This document shows, in pieces, positions 20,613 through 30,615 of a stretch of 64,000 nt of DNA. Each line of letters starts with the position of its first letter. The stretch's first letter is position 1. Location of the stretch: positions 448,001 to 512,000 of the forward strand of contig CAVRUC010000007.1 in the NCBI GenBank assembly GCA_963724295.1. Direction: 5' to 3'. This stretch comes from an uncultured Chloroflexia bacterium. GTDB lineage: Bacteria > Chloroflexota > Chloroflexia > Thermomicrobiales > UBA6265. A program made the position numbers and the translations under genes. The notes beneath the pieces were generated by a model, which saw only the letters and a program-made list of their open reading frames with translations, searched no databases and was not told the origin of the DNA.

Positions 20613-21347
20613 CTAGCACCAACCGGCGATTTGGGGAATGGTGACGAAGCTGTAGCCTTGCGCGCTGAGGTCATCGATGATCCACGGCAGGGCGACGGCC
20701 GTTCCATCGTTACTTCGCTGGGCATCGAGATGCAGCTCGATGATGGCGCCATCGTAGGCGCCGCTGACGGCGTTGCCGTAGATTGATTCGGCGGTCGCAC
20801 CCGGGTCCCAATCACCGGAACTGACGCTCCACCCGACCGTAATCAGACCCAGTGAGCTGGCGATCGACCGGACGCGCTCATCGCTCGCACTCGCATACGG
20901 TGTAAACCATGGTCCGGGGTCGTAGCCGAGCGCCCAGCTGAGCGCGCTGGATGCCGCCTGCAGATCCCAGGCGACATCGTCGTCCGCGCGAATCGTCAAT
21001 TCGGGTGGGACGTAGCCATGGCTGCCCACGGGATGACCCCAGGCCGCGATCTGCTGCACGAGCCACGGACTCTGCTCGGCAAGCCAGCCCATGACAAACA
21101 TCGAGGCGGGCACGCCATAGGCCCCCAGCGTGTCCAGAATGCCGACAGCCGGGTCGTACCCCGAGCCGATGTTGAACATCAGCGCGACCTGCGAGCAACC
21201 GGGCGTCCCCGTCGATAGGTCGTAGGCGCTCTGGGCGGAGGCACTCGGGGGGCGGCTCGCGGGCCAGCCGGTCAGCTCTGTCGCGATGAGTCCAGCTGCC
21301 CCGGCCAGCGCACCTTTTACGAGTCGCCGGCGGTCGATCATTGGCAT
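20613..21347 (-). CDS. Tat-exported polysaccharide deacetylase (NodB/CE4)-like protein
   Basis: IDRRRLVKG Tat signal; ASMFVMG, GSHGY, WSVSSGDW, GAIIELH; catalytic motifs degenerate. Confidence 0.75.
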   Translation of the reverse strand: MPMIDRRRLVKGALAGAAGLIATELTGWPASRPPSASAQSAYDLSTGTPGCSQVALMFNIGSGYDPAVGILDTLGAYGVPASMFVMGWLAEQSPWLVQQIAAWGHPVGSHGYVPPELTIRADDDVAWDLQAASSALSWALGYDPGPWFTPYASASDERVRSIASSLGLITVGWSVSSGDWDPGATAESIYGNAVSGAYDGAIIELHLDAQRSNDGTAVALPWIIDDLSAQGYSFVTIPQIAGWC

Positions 21348-21637
21348 TCCCACTTCCCCCAACCGGCCCGCGGAGTGGCCTGACGATTAACCAGGACATT
21401 GCGGGTCGCACGGGATCAACCGCACTCGTATCCAATACGCAATTTGACCCATGCCGGATTCGCCTCTTGATAGTCACGAGTCCCAATCACGAAGAACCGG
21501 CCTGTCAACCGGAACTTCCTTGCCGGCCGCCGGAGATTACCCTATAAGTCCGTCGGATCCTACTTGGCACGAGCACGGTGGTAGCGAGTGCTGTAAGAGC
21601 GACGCGTGTCGACGCGGCAGACGATCTGGAGGCAATC

Positions 21638-22627
21638 ATGGCGACCAGCACGGCGGGGGCAGTGGAGCTGAATCGGGACACCCTGCTCGGCATGTACGAG
21701 ACAATGATGCAGATCCGCACATTCGAGGACCTGGCCGGCAAGAACTTCGCTGCCGGTCTCGTCCCCGGTTTCGTTCATCTCTACGCCGGCGAAGAGGCCG
21801 TCGCGGTCGGCATCTGCTCCCAACTGACTGACAACGACTACATCACCTCGACCCACCGCGGTCACGGACACTGTATCGCCAAAGGCGTCGACATCGCGGG
21901 CATGGTCGCGGAGCTGATGGGCAAGTCCTCCGGCGTCTGCAAGGGCAAGGGCGGATCGATGCACATCGCGGACGTTGAGAAAGGCATGCTGGGCGCCAAT
22001 GGCATCGTGGGCGGGGGTATTCCACTCGCCTGCGGCGCGGCGCTGACGGCAAAGACCCTCGGCACGGGCGGTGTCGCGGTCTGCTTCTTCGGCGATGGCG
22101 CCGCTAACCAGGGCACATTCCACGAAGGTCTGAATCTCGCCGCGATCTGGAACCTCCCCGTCGTCTTCGTCTGCGAAAATAACGGCTACGCCGAGTCCAC
22201 CCCGGTTCGCTATCACTGTGCCGCGAGCGACATCGCCAACCGGGCCGGCGCCTATGAAATCCCCGGCGTGGTCGTGGACGGGCTCGACGTCTTCGCCGTC
22301 TACGAGGCCGCCGCCGAGGCGATCGACCGTGCCCGGCGCGGTGAGGGGCCAAGTCTGCTGGAGGCCAAGACCTATCGCTTCTACGGGCACTTCCAGGGCG
22401 ACCAGGTGACGTATCGTACCGCCGACGAGCTCGAACTCTACAAACAACGGGATCCGATTACCGCGCTACGGAAGGCGATCGTCGATCGTGGCATCGCCAG
22501 CGAAGGCGAACTCGACGCGATCGACGCGCGCGTGACGCGGCAGCTCGACGATGCCTGGGTTGCCGCGAAGGCCGCGCCCTTCCCTGAGCCGGAAGAGGCG
22601 CTTACCGACGTCTACGTGACGTATTAG
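21638..22627 (+). CDS. acoA: TPP-dependent acetoin dehydrogenase E1 alpha
   Basis: PGFVHLYAGEEA, STHRGHGH, GKGGSMH, FFGDGA...ENN. Confidence 0.88.
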   Translation: MATSTAGAVELNRDTLLGMYETMMQIRTFEDLAGKNFAAGLVPGFVHLYAGEEAVAVGICSQLTDNDYITSTHRGHGHCIAKGVDIAGMVAELMGKSSGVCKGKGGSMHIADVEKGMLGANGIVGGGIPLACGAALTAKTLGTGGVAVCFFGDGAANQGTFHEGLNLAAIWNLPVVFVCENNGYAESTPVRYHCAASDIANRAGAYEIPGVVVDGLDVFAVYEAAAEAIDRARRGEGPSLLEAKTYRFYGHFQGDQVTYRTADELELYKQRDPITALRKAIVDRGIASEGELDAIDARVTRQLDDAWVAAKAAPFPEPEEALTDVYVTY

Positions 22628-22670
22628 CCGAGACTCGCTTACGGCTTACTGACTGGCCGGGGAGGAACGA

Positions 22671-23696
22671 ATGGTCGCCGCAACCGCGACGCGCACGATG
22701 ACCTACCAGCAAGCCATCAACGAAGCATTGCAAATTGCGATGCGCGAGGATCCAACGGTCGTCCTCCTCGGCGAGGACATCGCGGGCGGCGCCATGGTCG
22801 ATCACCTCGTGAACGACGATGCCTGGGGCGGCCCGATGGGGGTCACAAAGGGTCTCGTCCAGGAATTCGGCCGCAACCGGGTGCTGGACACCCCGATTAC
22901 CGAGGCGGGGTTCATCGGCGCCGCGGTCGGGGCGGCCGCCACCGGCCTCAGACCGGTGGCCGAGCTGATGTTCGTCGACTTCTTTGGCTGCTGTATGGAC
23001 CAGATCTTCGACCAGGGCGCCAAACTCCGCTACATGTTCGGCGGGAAAGCCAGGTGCCCGGTCACCATCCGCACCCAGATTGGCGCCGGTGTGAGCGCCG
23101 CCGGTCAGCATTCCGGGTGTCACTACTCGGTGTTCACCCACATGCCCGGTATCAAGTGCGTCGTGCCATCGACGCCGGCAGACGCCAAAGGGCTTCTGCT
23201 GAGCGCGATTCGCGACGACGATCTGGTGATGTTCTTTGAGAACAAGGTGCTCTACGGGACCAAAGGCGAAGTGCCTGAGGGAGACAAGGGTATCCCGCTC
23301 GGTGTGGCCGACGTGAAGCGCGAGGGCGATGACCTGACGATCGTCGCCATCTCGCGCATGGTGCACCAGGCCCTGGCCGCCGCCGATCAACTCTCGGCAG
23401 AGGGCATCGAAGCCGAGGTCATCGACCCTCGGACCCTGTCTCCGCTGGATGAAGAGACGATCCTGAGCTCGGTAGCAAAGACTCATCGCCTGTTGGTTGT
23501 CGACGAAGACAACCCGCGCTGCAGCGCGGCGACGGACATCGCGGCAATGGTCGCGGACCGCGGCTTCGACACGCTCGACGCTCCGATCAAGCGCCTTACG
23601 GCACCGCACACACCGGTGCCATTCAGCCCGCCGCTGGAGCAGTTCTACGTGCCGAGCGCGGAGCGCATCGCGGAAGCTGCGCGAGAGATCGTCTAA
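22671..23696 (+). CDS. acoB: acetoin dehydrogenase E1 beta
   Basis: DAWGG..GVTKGL, DTPITE, ELMFVDF, YMFGGK. Confidence 0.88.
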   Translation: MVAATATRTMTYQQAINEALQIAMREDPTVVLLGEDIAGGAMVDHLVNDDAWGGPMGVTKGLVQEFGRNRVLDTPITEAGFIGAAVGAAATGLRPVAELMFVDFFGCCMDQIFDQGAKLRYMFGGKARCPVTIRTQIGAGVSAAGQHSGCHYSVFTHMPGIKCVVPSTPADAKGLLLSAIRDDDLVMFFENKVLYGTKGEVPEGDKGIPLGVADVKREGDDLTIVAISRMVHQALAAADQLSAEGIEAEVIDPRTLSPLDEETILSSVAKTHRLLVVDEDNPRCSAATDIAAMVADRGFDTLDAPIKRLTAPHTPVPFSPPLEQFYVPSAERIAEAAREIV

Positions 23697-23718
23697 TCGT
23701 TTGACGACCAGGACTCAC

Positions 23719-23746
23719 GACTGACCGACTGACCGACTGACCGACT
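23719..23746. repeat. tandem 8-mer (GACTGACC)x3.5
   Basis: GACTGACCGACTGACCGACTGACCGACT read directly in the acoB-acoC spacer. Confidence 0.85.
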
Positions 23747-23758
23747 CGGAGACCGCGC

Positions 23759-25096
23759 ATGCCAACAATCGTCACCATGCCGAAGTGGGGACTGACCATG
23801 ACCTCGGGAACCATCACCGGCTGGTCCCGCGAGGAAGGGGATCCTGTCACCGAAGGGGTCCCGCTGCTCACCGTGGAAACCGAAAAGGCGGTCGACGACG
23901 TCGAGGCGCCCGCCAGCGGCGTGCTGCGCAAGATCGTCGCCGGCGTGGGGAGTGAGGTACCGGTGATGGGCGCTGTCGCCGTTATCACCGCTCCCGGCGA
24001 AGATCTCAGCGATGAAGACGTGCAAGCTCTGGTCGCCACGTCGAGTGGCGCGACCGCGACAGCCGGCGGTGCCGCGCCACGCGTCGCGCGCGAGGGGCGG
24101 CAGGCGGCCCGGGATGCCAGTGGCCGGGTCAACGCCTCTCCCGCGGCACGCAAGCGGGCGGGCGAGCTGGGCGTCGACCTGGCATCCGTGGAGGCAACCG
24201 GTCCCGGTGGGCGGATCACCAGCGAAGACGTGGAGCGCGCCGCCGAAGCCGTCGCTGCCTCTGCTGCCGCGCTGCGGACCGAAGTCGTCGAGCTAGAGGA
24301 CGGCACAAGAATCGCCGCGCTCCTGGCCGGCCCGCCCGAGGCGACGGAGACGATCGTCTTTTTGCACGGACTTGGTGGCTCCCAGTCAACCTGGGCCAGC
24401 GTGCTCGGTAATTTCGCCGAGACGTACCGCATCGTCGCCGTCGACCTTCCGGGTCACGGCGCCAGCGACAAGCCGTCGCCAGAATCGATCGACTATTCAA
24501 TCCCGAATCTCGCCGCCAGGATTGGCGAGCTTCTGGAGAAGCGGGAACTTGCGCCCGCCGTGCTCGTCGGCCACTCTCTCGGTGGCGCAACGGCCCTCCA
24601 CCTCGCGCTCGACCGTCCCAAGCTCGTCCGCGCACTGGCACTCGTCGATACCGCTGCTCTCGGGTTGGAGATCAGCGGCGAATTGCTCGACCGGGTCGAA
24701 TCCGAGCCCTCGCGCGACGAGGCGCGGCGGTTGCTGGAGCTATTTTTCGAGAATCGGCGGTTCGTCCTCGAACGCGGCATCGACGAGATGTATGCCGCGC
24801 GCACCGCACCAGGCGGCGACGAGGCCGTGAAAGCGATCGCCGCGAGCGCGTTCACCCGGCAGGGTCAGAATCTGGTCCTCGTCGATCGTCTCGGCGAGCT
24901 CGAAATTCCACTCCTTGTCATCTGGGGTGAGCTCGACCGGGTGCTCCCGTCGAGGCACGCGGTGGCGGCGGTTGCCGCCCAGCCAACGGCCTGGCTCGAG
25001 ATCATGGAGGGCGTGGGCCACGTGCCGCACGTCGAAGCAGCGCCGGCGTTTGCCGCGATCGTCAATCGCTGGCTGGCCTCGATCCCGCGGTCGTGA
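23759..25096 (+). CDS. acoC: acetoin dehydrogenase E2 (lipoyl + E3-binding + alpha/beta hydrolase)
   Basis: MPKWGLTM, ETEKA lipoyl-Lys, ASPAARK...GTGPGGRIT-like motif, GHSLGG. Confidence 0.88.
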   Translation: MPTIVTMPKWGLTMTSGTITGWSREEGDPVTEGVPLLTVETEKAVDDVEAPASGVLRKIVAGVGSEVPVMGAVAVITAPGEDLSDEDVQALVATSSGATATAGGAAPRVAREGRQAARDASGRVNASPAARKRAGELGVDLASVEATGPGGRITSEDVERAAEAVAASAAALRTEVVELEDGTRIAALLAGPPEATETIVFLHGLGGSQSTWASVLGNFAETYRIVAVDLPGHGASDKPSPESIDYSIPNLAARIGELLEKRELAPAVLVGHSLGGATALHLALDRPKLVRALALVDTAALGLEISGELLDRVESEPSRDEARRLLELFFENRRFVLERGIDEMYAARTAPGGDEAVKAIAASAFTRQGQNLVLVDRLGELEIPLLVIWGELDRVLPSRHAVAAVAAQPTAWLEIMEGVGHVPHVEAAPAFAAIVNRWLASIPRS

Positions 25097-26139
25097 CGGA
25101 GCGCGCGCTCGTTGGAATCATCGCCAACCCAGCCTCGGGGAAGGACATCCGGCGCCTCGTCGCCCACGGCTCCACCTTCGACAACAACGAGAAGATCAAT
25201 ATCGTGCGGCGTGTGTTGCTTGGGCTGGATGCCGCCGGGATCAGCGAGGTCGCCTATCTCCCCGATACCTACGGCATCGTCGAGCGAGCGGCGGCCACGG
25301 CGACACCGCGGCTGACCCTCACGCCACTTTCGATGCCGGTCGTGGGTCATGCCAGCGATTCGATCGAAGCCGCGCAGCGCCTGCGCGATCTCCGCGCGGC
25401 CGCGATTGTCACCTTGGGTGGAGATGGCACGAACCGCGTCGTGGCCAAGGGTTGCGGCGACGTACCCCTGCTGCCCCTCTCGACCGGAACGAACAACGTC
25501 TTTCCTCGCATGGTCGAGGGCACCCTGGCCGGGCTCGCGGCGGGACTAGTCGCCACCGGCATTGCCCGGAACAGGCCTGGGCATCCCCGGGTCATTCGTC
25601 GCGCGCCGCGGCTCGAAGTGCAAATCGATGGTCTGGCAGCGGACAGCGCGCTCATCGACGTCGTGGCGTCGAGTCAGACCTGGATCGGCGCTCGCGCTCT
25701 GTGGGAGCCAGCACACCTGCGGGAGATCGTGCTCTCCCGCATCAGCGCCTCGGCGATCGGCATCGCCAGCCTGGGCGGCGCCCTCTTCCCGGGATCGTGC
25801 GACAGTTGCGCGGGTGCCTGGATCACCATCGGCGACGCCACTTCGTCTCCAAGAACCGTGACGATCCCGATCGCGCCCGGTCTGCTCCGGGCCGTGCCGA
25901 TTGCCGACGCCGGCCTGCTCAATCACGGCGACGCCGTCACCCTCCGCGGCGGGCCGTGTACGCTCGCCCTGGACGGCGAGCGGGAGATCGAGATCCAGGA
26001 TCCGAATGCGCAGATCTCGGTCCGCCTCGATCCGCGCGGCCCACGAGTCATCGACGTCGACGCCGCACTGGCCGCCGGCGCCGCCGCTGGAGCATTCGTC
26101 ACGACCCGATGTCACCAGGCGCATCAAGCGGAGGTCTGA
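25093..26139 (+). CDS. acoX: ATP-NAD kinase family protein AcoX
   Basis: GIIANPASGKDIRRLVA, LGGDGT, STGTNNVFP, ALDGERE; aco context. Confidence 0.85.
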   Translation: MTERALVGIIANPASGKDIRRLVAHGSTFDNNEKINIVRRVLLGLDAAGISEVAYLPDTYGIVERAAATATPRLTLTPLSMPVVGHASDSIEAAQRLRDLRAAAIVTLGGDGTNRVVAKGCGDVPLLPLSTGTNNVFPRMVEGTLAGLAAGLVATGIARNRPGHPRVIRRAPRLEVQIDGLAADSALIDVVASSQTWIGARALWEPAHLREIVLSRISASAIGIASLGGALFPGSCDSCAGAWITIGDATSSPRTVTIPIAPGLLRAVPIADAGLLNHGDAVTLRGGPCTLALDGEREIEIQDPNAQISVRLDPRGPRVIDVDAALAAGAAAGAFVTTRCHQAHQAEV

Positions 26140-27526
26140 AGTCCGCCCAGGGCATCGCGGACTCGAAGGCGGCCGCGGCGCGAAGGACTGTGCTGTCGTC
26201 GCGCCAACGCCCGACAATCTGCAAGCCCACCGGAAGCCCATCCCGGGCGAAGGCGCATGGTACGGTTGCCGCCGGTTGGCCGGTCAGATTGAAGGGAAAG
26301 GTGAACGGTGTCCAGTCGAGCGGCGCCAGGGTCGCTCGCTGCCAGTCATCCGGCTCGTCCAGGCCGGCTGTGAACGCCGTCACAGGCAGCGTTGGTGTCA
26401 AGAGCAGGTCGAAACGGTCCATGAACTGGCGCATCCCCGTGTAATAGGTGTTTCGCTGTTGCAGAGCGTGCGCCACATCCGTGGCCGATAGCGATTTCGT
26501 ACGCTCGATGACCGCCAGCAATCCCGGATCGAGCAAATGGCCCACCTCGTCGAGCCGCCCTGCGAAATAACCGGCCATGGCGCCCGACCACATTACGTCG
26601 ATGATGGCCGTGGGGTCAGGGAGGTTGGGATCGATCTGCTCAATCTCACACCCGAGGTCGCGAAACGTCATTGCGGCCCGCTCGGTGTTCTCCAGCACGT
26701 CGCTCGCGACCCGCGCGTAGCCGAGGGTTGGCGACCAGGCAACACGCAGCCCGCCCACACCGGCGTCGAGATCTCGGGTGTAGTCGATGCCGCTCGACCA
26801 CGAGAGCCGGTCGCTTGCATCGGCTCCGGCCATCGCATTGAGCATCAGCGCCGCGTCGCGCACCGTCCTGGTCATCGGACCAAGGTGCGAGAGGTCTCCC
26901 ACCGCGCTAGGCGGATACTGTGGCACTAGGCCAAACGACTGCTTGAATCCGAAGATGCCGCAAAATGCAGCCGGGATCCGGATCGAGCCAGCGCCATCAC
27001 TCCCTTGCGCGAGCGGCCCAAGACCGGCGGCTGTCGCCGCCGCCGCCCCGCCGCTCGATCCGCCTGATGTCTTGGCGAGGTTCCAGGGGTTGAACGAAGG
27101 GCCGAACACGCGGTTTCCCGAATCGCCCTTCCAGCCCAGCTCAGGGGTATTGGTCTTCCCCAGCATGACGGCCCCGGCAGCGAACAATCGCTCGACAACA
27201 GGGGCATCTTCATCCGGTACCCAGTCAGGGTCGATCAACGAGCCGCGCGCGGTCCGGATACCACGAGTCGGCGTCAGGTCCTTGATCGACATTGGTATGC
27301 CCGCCAGCGGCGGGGCCACTCCGTCGGCGTAGGCTCGCTCGGCCGTGCGCGCCTGCTCGAGCGCCAGCTCGGGTGTCACGACGGTGAACGCAGTGAGCTT
27401 CGGGTTGACACGCTCGATCCGCTCCAGGATGGCACGTGTCACCTCAACGGGTGAGAGCGCTCCCGCGCTGTAGAGTGTCTTGAGTTCGCTTGCAGACAAA
27501 TAGGCGATCGACTCCGCCGCGTGCAT
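26099..27526 (-). CDS. amidase signature family protein
   Basis: GIPMSIKDL, GKTNTPE, GGSSGG, GSDGAGSIRIPA. Confidence 0.92.
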   Translation of the reverse strand: MHAAESIAYLSASELKTLYSAGALSPVEVTRAILERIERVNPKLTAFTVVTPELALEQARTAERAYADGVAPPLAGIPMSIKDLTPTRGIRTARGSLIDPDWVPDEDAPVVERLFAAGAVMLGKTNTPELGWKGDSGNRVFGPSFNPWNLAKTSGGSSGGAAAATAAGLGPLAQGSDGAGSIRIPAAFCGIFGFKQSFGLVPQYPPSAVGDLSHLGPMTRTVRDAALMLNAMAGADASDRLSWSSGIDYTRDLDAGVGGLRVAWSPTLGYARVASDVLENTERAAMTFRDLGCEIEQIDPNLPDPTAIIDVMWSGAMAGYFAGRLDEVGHLLDPGLLAVIERTKSLSATDVAHALQQRNTYYTGMRQFMDRFDLLLTPTLPVTAFTAGLDEPDDWQRATLAPLDWTPFTFPFNLTGQPAATVPCAFARDGLPVGLQIVGRWRDDSTVLRAAAAFESAMPWADFRPPLDAPGDIGS

Positions 27527-27611
27527 CTACTTCACCCCGTCCAAGCCTCCAGGGATATGTCGTGAACCGTCCGTGGAAGCAGTATCAGCGTTTTCCGGCT
27601 CATGACTGGGG

Positions 27612-28109
27612 CTAGAGATCGTCGAGCGGTGGCCTGTTCTCGGTTGGCTGCGCCCCCGGCTGCTTCTTCTCCGGGTCGATCATGGTTCGAATCCACGAAG
27701 TGGCCGATTCCGCAACCCTTTCCAGGGCGCTGGCAACATTCTTCAACTCTGGCTCAGCCTGTTTGAGCGTGCTGTTCGCGGCGGACCCAATCTCGGAGGT
27801 CATCTTGGCCGCGAGGACAGTCAGGTCCTCCAGCGCAGTCTTCATCTGCTCCGCGCTTCGCTGCGCTCGCTCCCGGTCGAAGGACGACCCGATCTCGGAT
27901 CGCCGCTCTCGCACCCCTGAAGATATTGTCGAAATCAGCTCGGTGGCGGTCTGTTCGAGCCGGGAGACGTCACCTTTCAGGCGTGCCGCCGCGGCATCGT
28001 CGTCCGGGCTTGGAGATCCGGCTCGACCCAGGGCGGAGCGAACTTCGGCCGCCGCGCTACGCAACATTTCTGTCAGGTCTTCCCACGATCGATTGTGACG
28101 TGTACCCAC
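27612..28109 (-). CDS. hypothetical alpha-helical protein
   Basis: Ala/Glu/Ser-rich amphipathic ORF with plausible codon usage; start uncertain. Confidence 0.55.
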   Translation of the reverse strand: MGTRHNRSWEDLTEMLRSAAAEVRSALGRAGSPSPDDDAAAARLKGDVSRLEQTATELISTISSGVRERRSEIGSSFDRERAQRSAEQMKTALEDLTVLAAKMTSEIGSAANSTLKQAEPELKNVASALERVAESATSWIRTMIDPEKKQPGAQPTENRPPLDDL

Positions 28110-28362
28110 GATTCTCGACCTTTCTTTCGACGTATGTGCTTGTCCCTGCGCACAAGATTGTATGGTCTGCCGAGAAAGACCGTCACCGGCCACCAGCGAA
28201 GATTGACCCAAAGTCCCGCATGATTCCAGTTGGGTGACACCCGTCACCGTGGAAGGGCAAGGCAATCGGTCAGGTACCATTCGACGGCCGGGTCGTCAGC
28301 ATGAAGCGCGATGGACTCGGCGGGAATTGGCTTCAGACGACACTTTGATGGGAACGTGCTCA

Positions 28363-29521
28363 ATGGCCGGTGTGAGTGGTTTCAGCACGCGATGCATTCA
28401 CGCCGGTGAGGCGCCCGACCCAACGACCGGGGCGCACGGCGTGCCGCTCTACCAAAATGTCACGTTTGCGTTCGAGACCAACAGCCAGGTCGAGGCCATG
28501 CGCAGCGGAGACAGACCCCACTTTACGTATTCGCCACGGGGTAATCCGACGGTGCGCTGTCTGGAGCTCAAGATTGCTGATCTGGAGGGCACGGAAGCGT
28601 CACTTGCATTGAGCTCCGGAATGGCCGCGGTCAGCAGTGTCATGCTGACGCTGCTCGCTGACGGCGGCCACCTCGTGGCGTCCGACCAACTCTATGACTT
28701 GAGCAACGACTTTTTGCGCGAGGACCTGGCCGCGTTGGGCGGTTCAGTCACCTTCATCGATCCTCTCTGACGCGGATGCGGTTCGGCGGGCCATCACGCT
28801 GCAAACGCGCGCTATCTACGTCGAGCCGTTCTCGAATCCTCTGCTTCGGGTCGCCGACATTGGCATGCTGGCGCGGATCGCTAACGAGAGCGGTCTGGTT
28901 CTGGTAGTCGACAACACCTTTCTCTCGCCCGCTCTCCTTCGTCCGGCGGCGCTCGGGGCGGACCTCGTTCTGCACAGCGCCACGAAATATCTTTCTGGTA
29001 ACGGCCAGGTGCAGGGCGGCGTGGTTTCCGGTCCAAAGCGCCTCATCGATCCGATCCGGGCCAGGGCGATCCGACTCGGCGCGGTCATGTCGCCGTTCGC
29101 GGCGTGGCTGTTGCTGGCAGGCATTCATACGCTTCCACTGCGCATGCAGCGCCACAGTGAGAATGCATTGCGGCTGGCGAACCTGTTGGCGATGCACCCC
29201 GCGGTTGCGGATGTCCACTATCCTGGTTTGAACTCGGACCCGGGTCATGCGCTGGCCGCGTCGATGCTCGGCCCCGGTGAGCTTCAATGCGGAGGCATGA
29301 TCGCGTTTACGCTAGCGGCGGGCCGCGCTGCCTTTGGCCCGTTTCTCGACGCCCTCGAGCTGTGCACGATCGCGGTCAGCCTGGGTGACTCCAGTACGCT
29401 GGTCTGGCCGTGGCACTGCGGTGACCTGATACGAATTTCGACCGGGCTCGAAGATTTCGTTGACCTGGAAGCTGATATTGTGCGGGCGCTGAATAGTGTC
29501 GTTCCAGCCGAAGTCGTCTGA
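28363..29521 (+). CDS. Cys/Met metabolism PLP enzyme (methionine gamma-lyase/cystathionine gamma-synthase family), frameshifted at ~28768
   Basis: YSPRGNPT and SSGMAA in the first ORF; VDNTF, HSATKYL, AVSLGD, IRISTGLED in the second; one extra base creates the TGA at 28768. Confidence 0.85.
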
Positions 29522-29604
29522 TCTACTCGGACGGCAATTTGGCCGCGGCAGAGGGAGTAGATTCGGCATCGCGCTCATCAATGCGGTGCCCACGGGAGAG
29601 GTGA

Positions 29605-30126
29605 ATGACGACCGAACAGGGCCAGAAAGCGCCGTTTCCTGACGGTGAATTCAACGACGCGGAGGGCCAGGCGCACGACCTGACTCGCGCTGCCGCCAAT
29701 GGACCGTTGTTGCTTGGCATCTATAAGAGCTCGTGCGCCTCGAGCAAGCAGATGTTTCCATTTCTCGAACGATTGAACGAGCGCCATCGCGACGACGGGC
29801 TGGCGGTCCTGGGGATCTCGCAGGATTCCGCCAACATCACCCGGTCGTTCGCGCGGCGCTATGGAATCACCTTTCCGCTCGTGTTGGAAGGTGACGACTA
29901 TCCCATCTCCCGCGCCTTCGACATCATGGCGACGCCAACAGTCTTCCTGATCGAGCCGGACGGGAACGTGGCGTACACCACCATGGGGTTCATGAAGCCG
30001 GCGCTCGATGCGCTTGGCGACGCCGTGGCCGACGTGCTCGGAAAACCGCACCAGGCGCTTGTCACGTCCGACGACGCGGACGTGCCGATGTTCGTTCCCG
30101 GCTGACCATCGAAGCATATTGGCTAG
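29605..30126 (+). CDS. thioredoxin-fold TlpA/AhpC-TSA-like redoxin, probable selenoprotein (TGA 30103-30105 read as Sec)
   Basis: YKSSCASS (CxxS), GISQD, ATPTVFLI; readthrough gives FVPG-U-PSKHIG-TAG; hairpin at 30121-30139. Fold call is more certain than the Sec call. Confidence 0.75.
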
Positions 30127-30139
30127 GCGTGTCCTGGCC
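30121..30139 (+). promoter_or_regulatory. candidate bacterial SECIS hairpin
   Basis: GGCUAGG-CGUGU-CCUGGCC; 7-bp stem with one U-G pair, G at loop position 2, loop begins after a 22-nt spacer from the UGA. Confidence 0.55.
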
Positions 30140-30181
30140 CTCGCAGCGTCAAGACTGAAATAATTGTCCGGTCCGCGGCAC

Positions 30182-30385
30182 TCAACGCCCGGTTCGGTCT
30201 CGCTCTCGCACGAGCTCGGCGACCTGTCGCTCGAGACGAGCAACTCGCCCTTCGAGCTCGTCTATGCGGTCACGGAGCGGGGTGATCTCGCGCTCGATGA
30301 ACTGCCGCGCGCCGTCTCGTACCCCTTGATTGACCTGGGTCGCGGCCTGCTTGAGCGCCTCACGCGCAAATCGATTGTTGAGCAT
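30182..30385 (-). CDS. small coiled-coil hypothetical protein
   Basis: LRDRIDELEGRVARLERQVAEL heptad; GGAGG RBS. Confidence 0.65.
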   Translation of the reverse strand: MLNNRFAREALKQAATQVNQGVRDGARQFIEREITPLRDRIDELEGRVARLERQVAELVRERDRTGR

Positions 30386-30615
30386 CTTCGTTCCTCCCGA
30401 ACCGGCCGCATAGGTACGTGATCCATTCATGCCAGCGCCGTACGCTTTATCGTGGCATGGAACGGGACGCGCACGCCAACCCAGGGCGCGGCCCGGGCGG
30501 CTGATTGCGCGTAATGGCGCCTTGCGGCTAGGATCGTGACAACACCCGTGGTGGGCTAGAAAGCGAAGTAACGATCAAACACGCGCGGTTCTTCAGGATC
30601 ATTGCGGCAGCATTC

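Noticed and set aside
21564..21582. Possible sigma54 promoter (TGGCACG...) upstream of acoA
   Set aside because: The -12 position reads GT rather than GC/TTGC, and no AcoR-type activator is nearby.
23759..25096. Lipoyl domain fused to an alpha/beta hydrolase as a novel fusion
   Set aside because: This is the established AcoC architecture in acetoin dehydrogenase operons.
28760..28775. TGA at 28768 as another selenocysteine codon
   Set aside because: Homology continues in a different frame, so it is an indel and not in-frame recoding.
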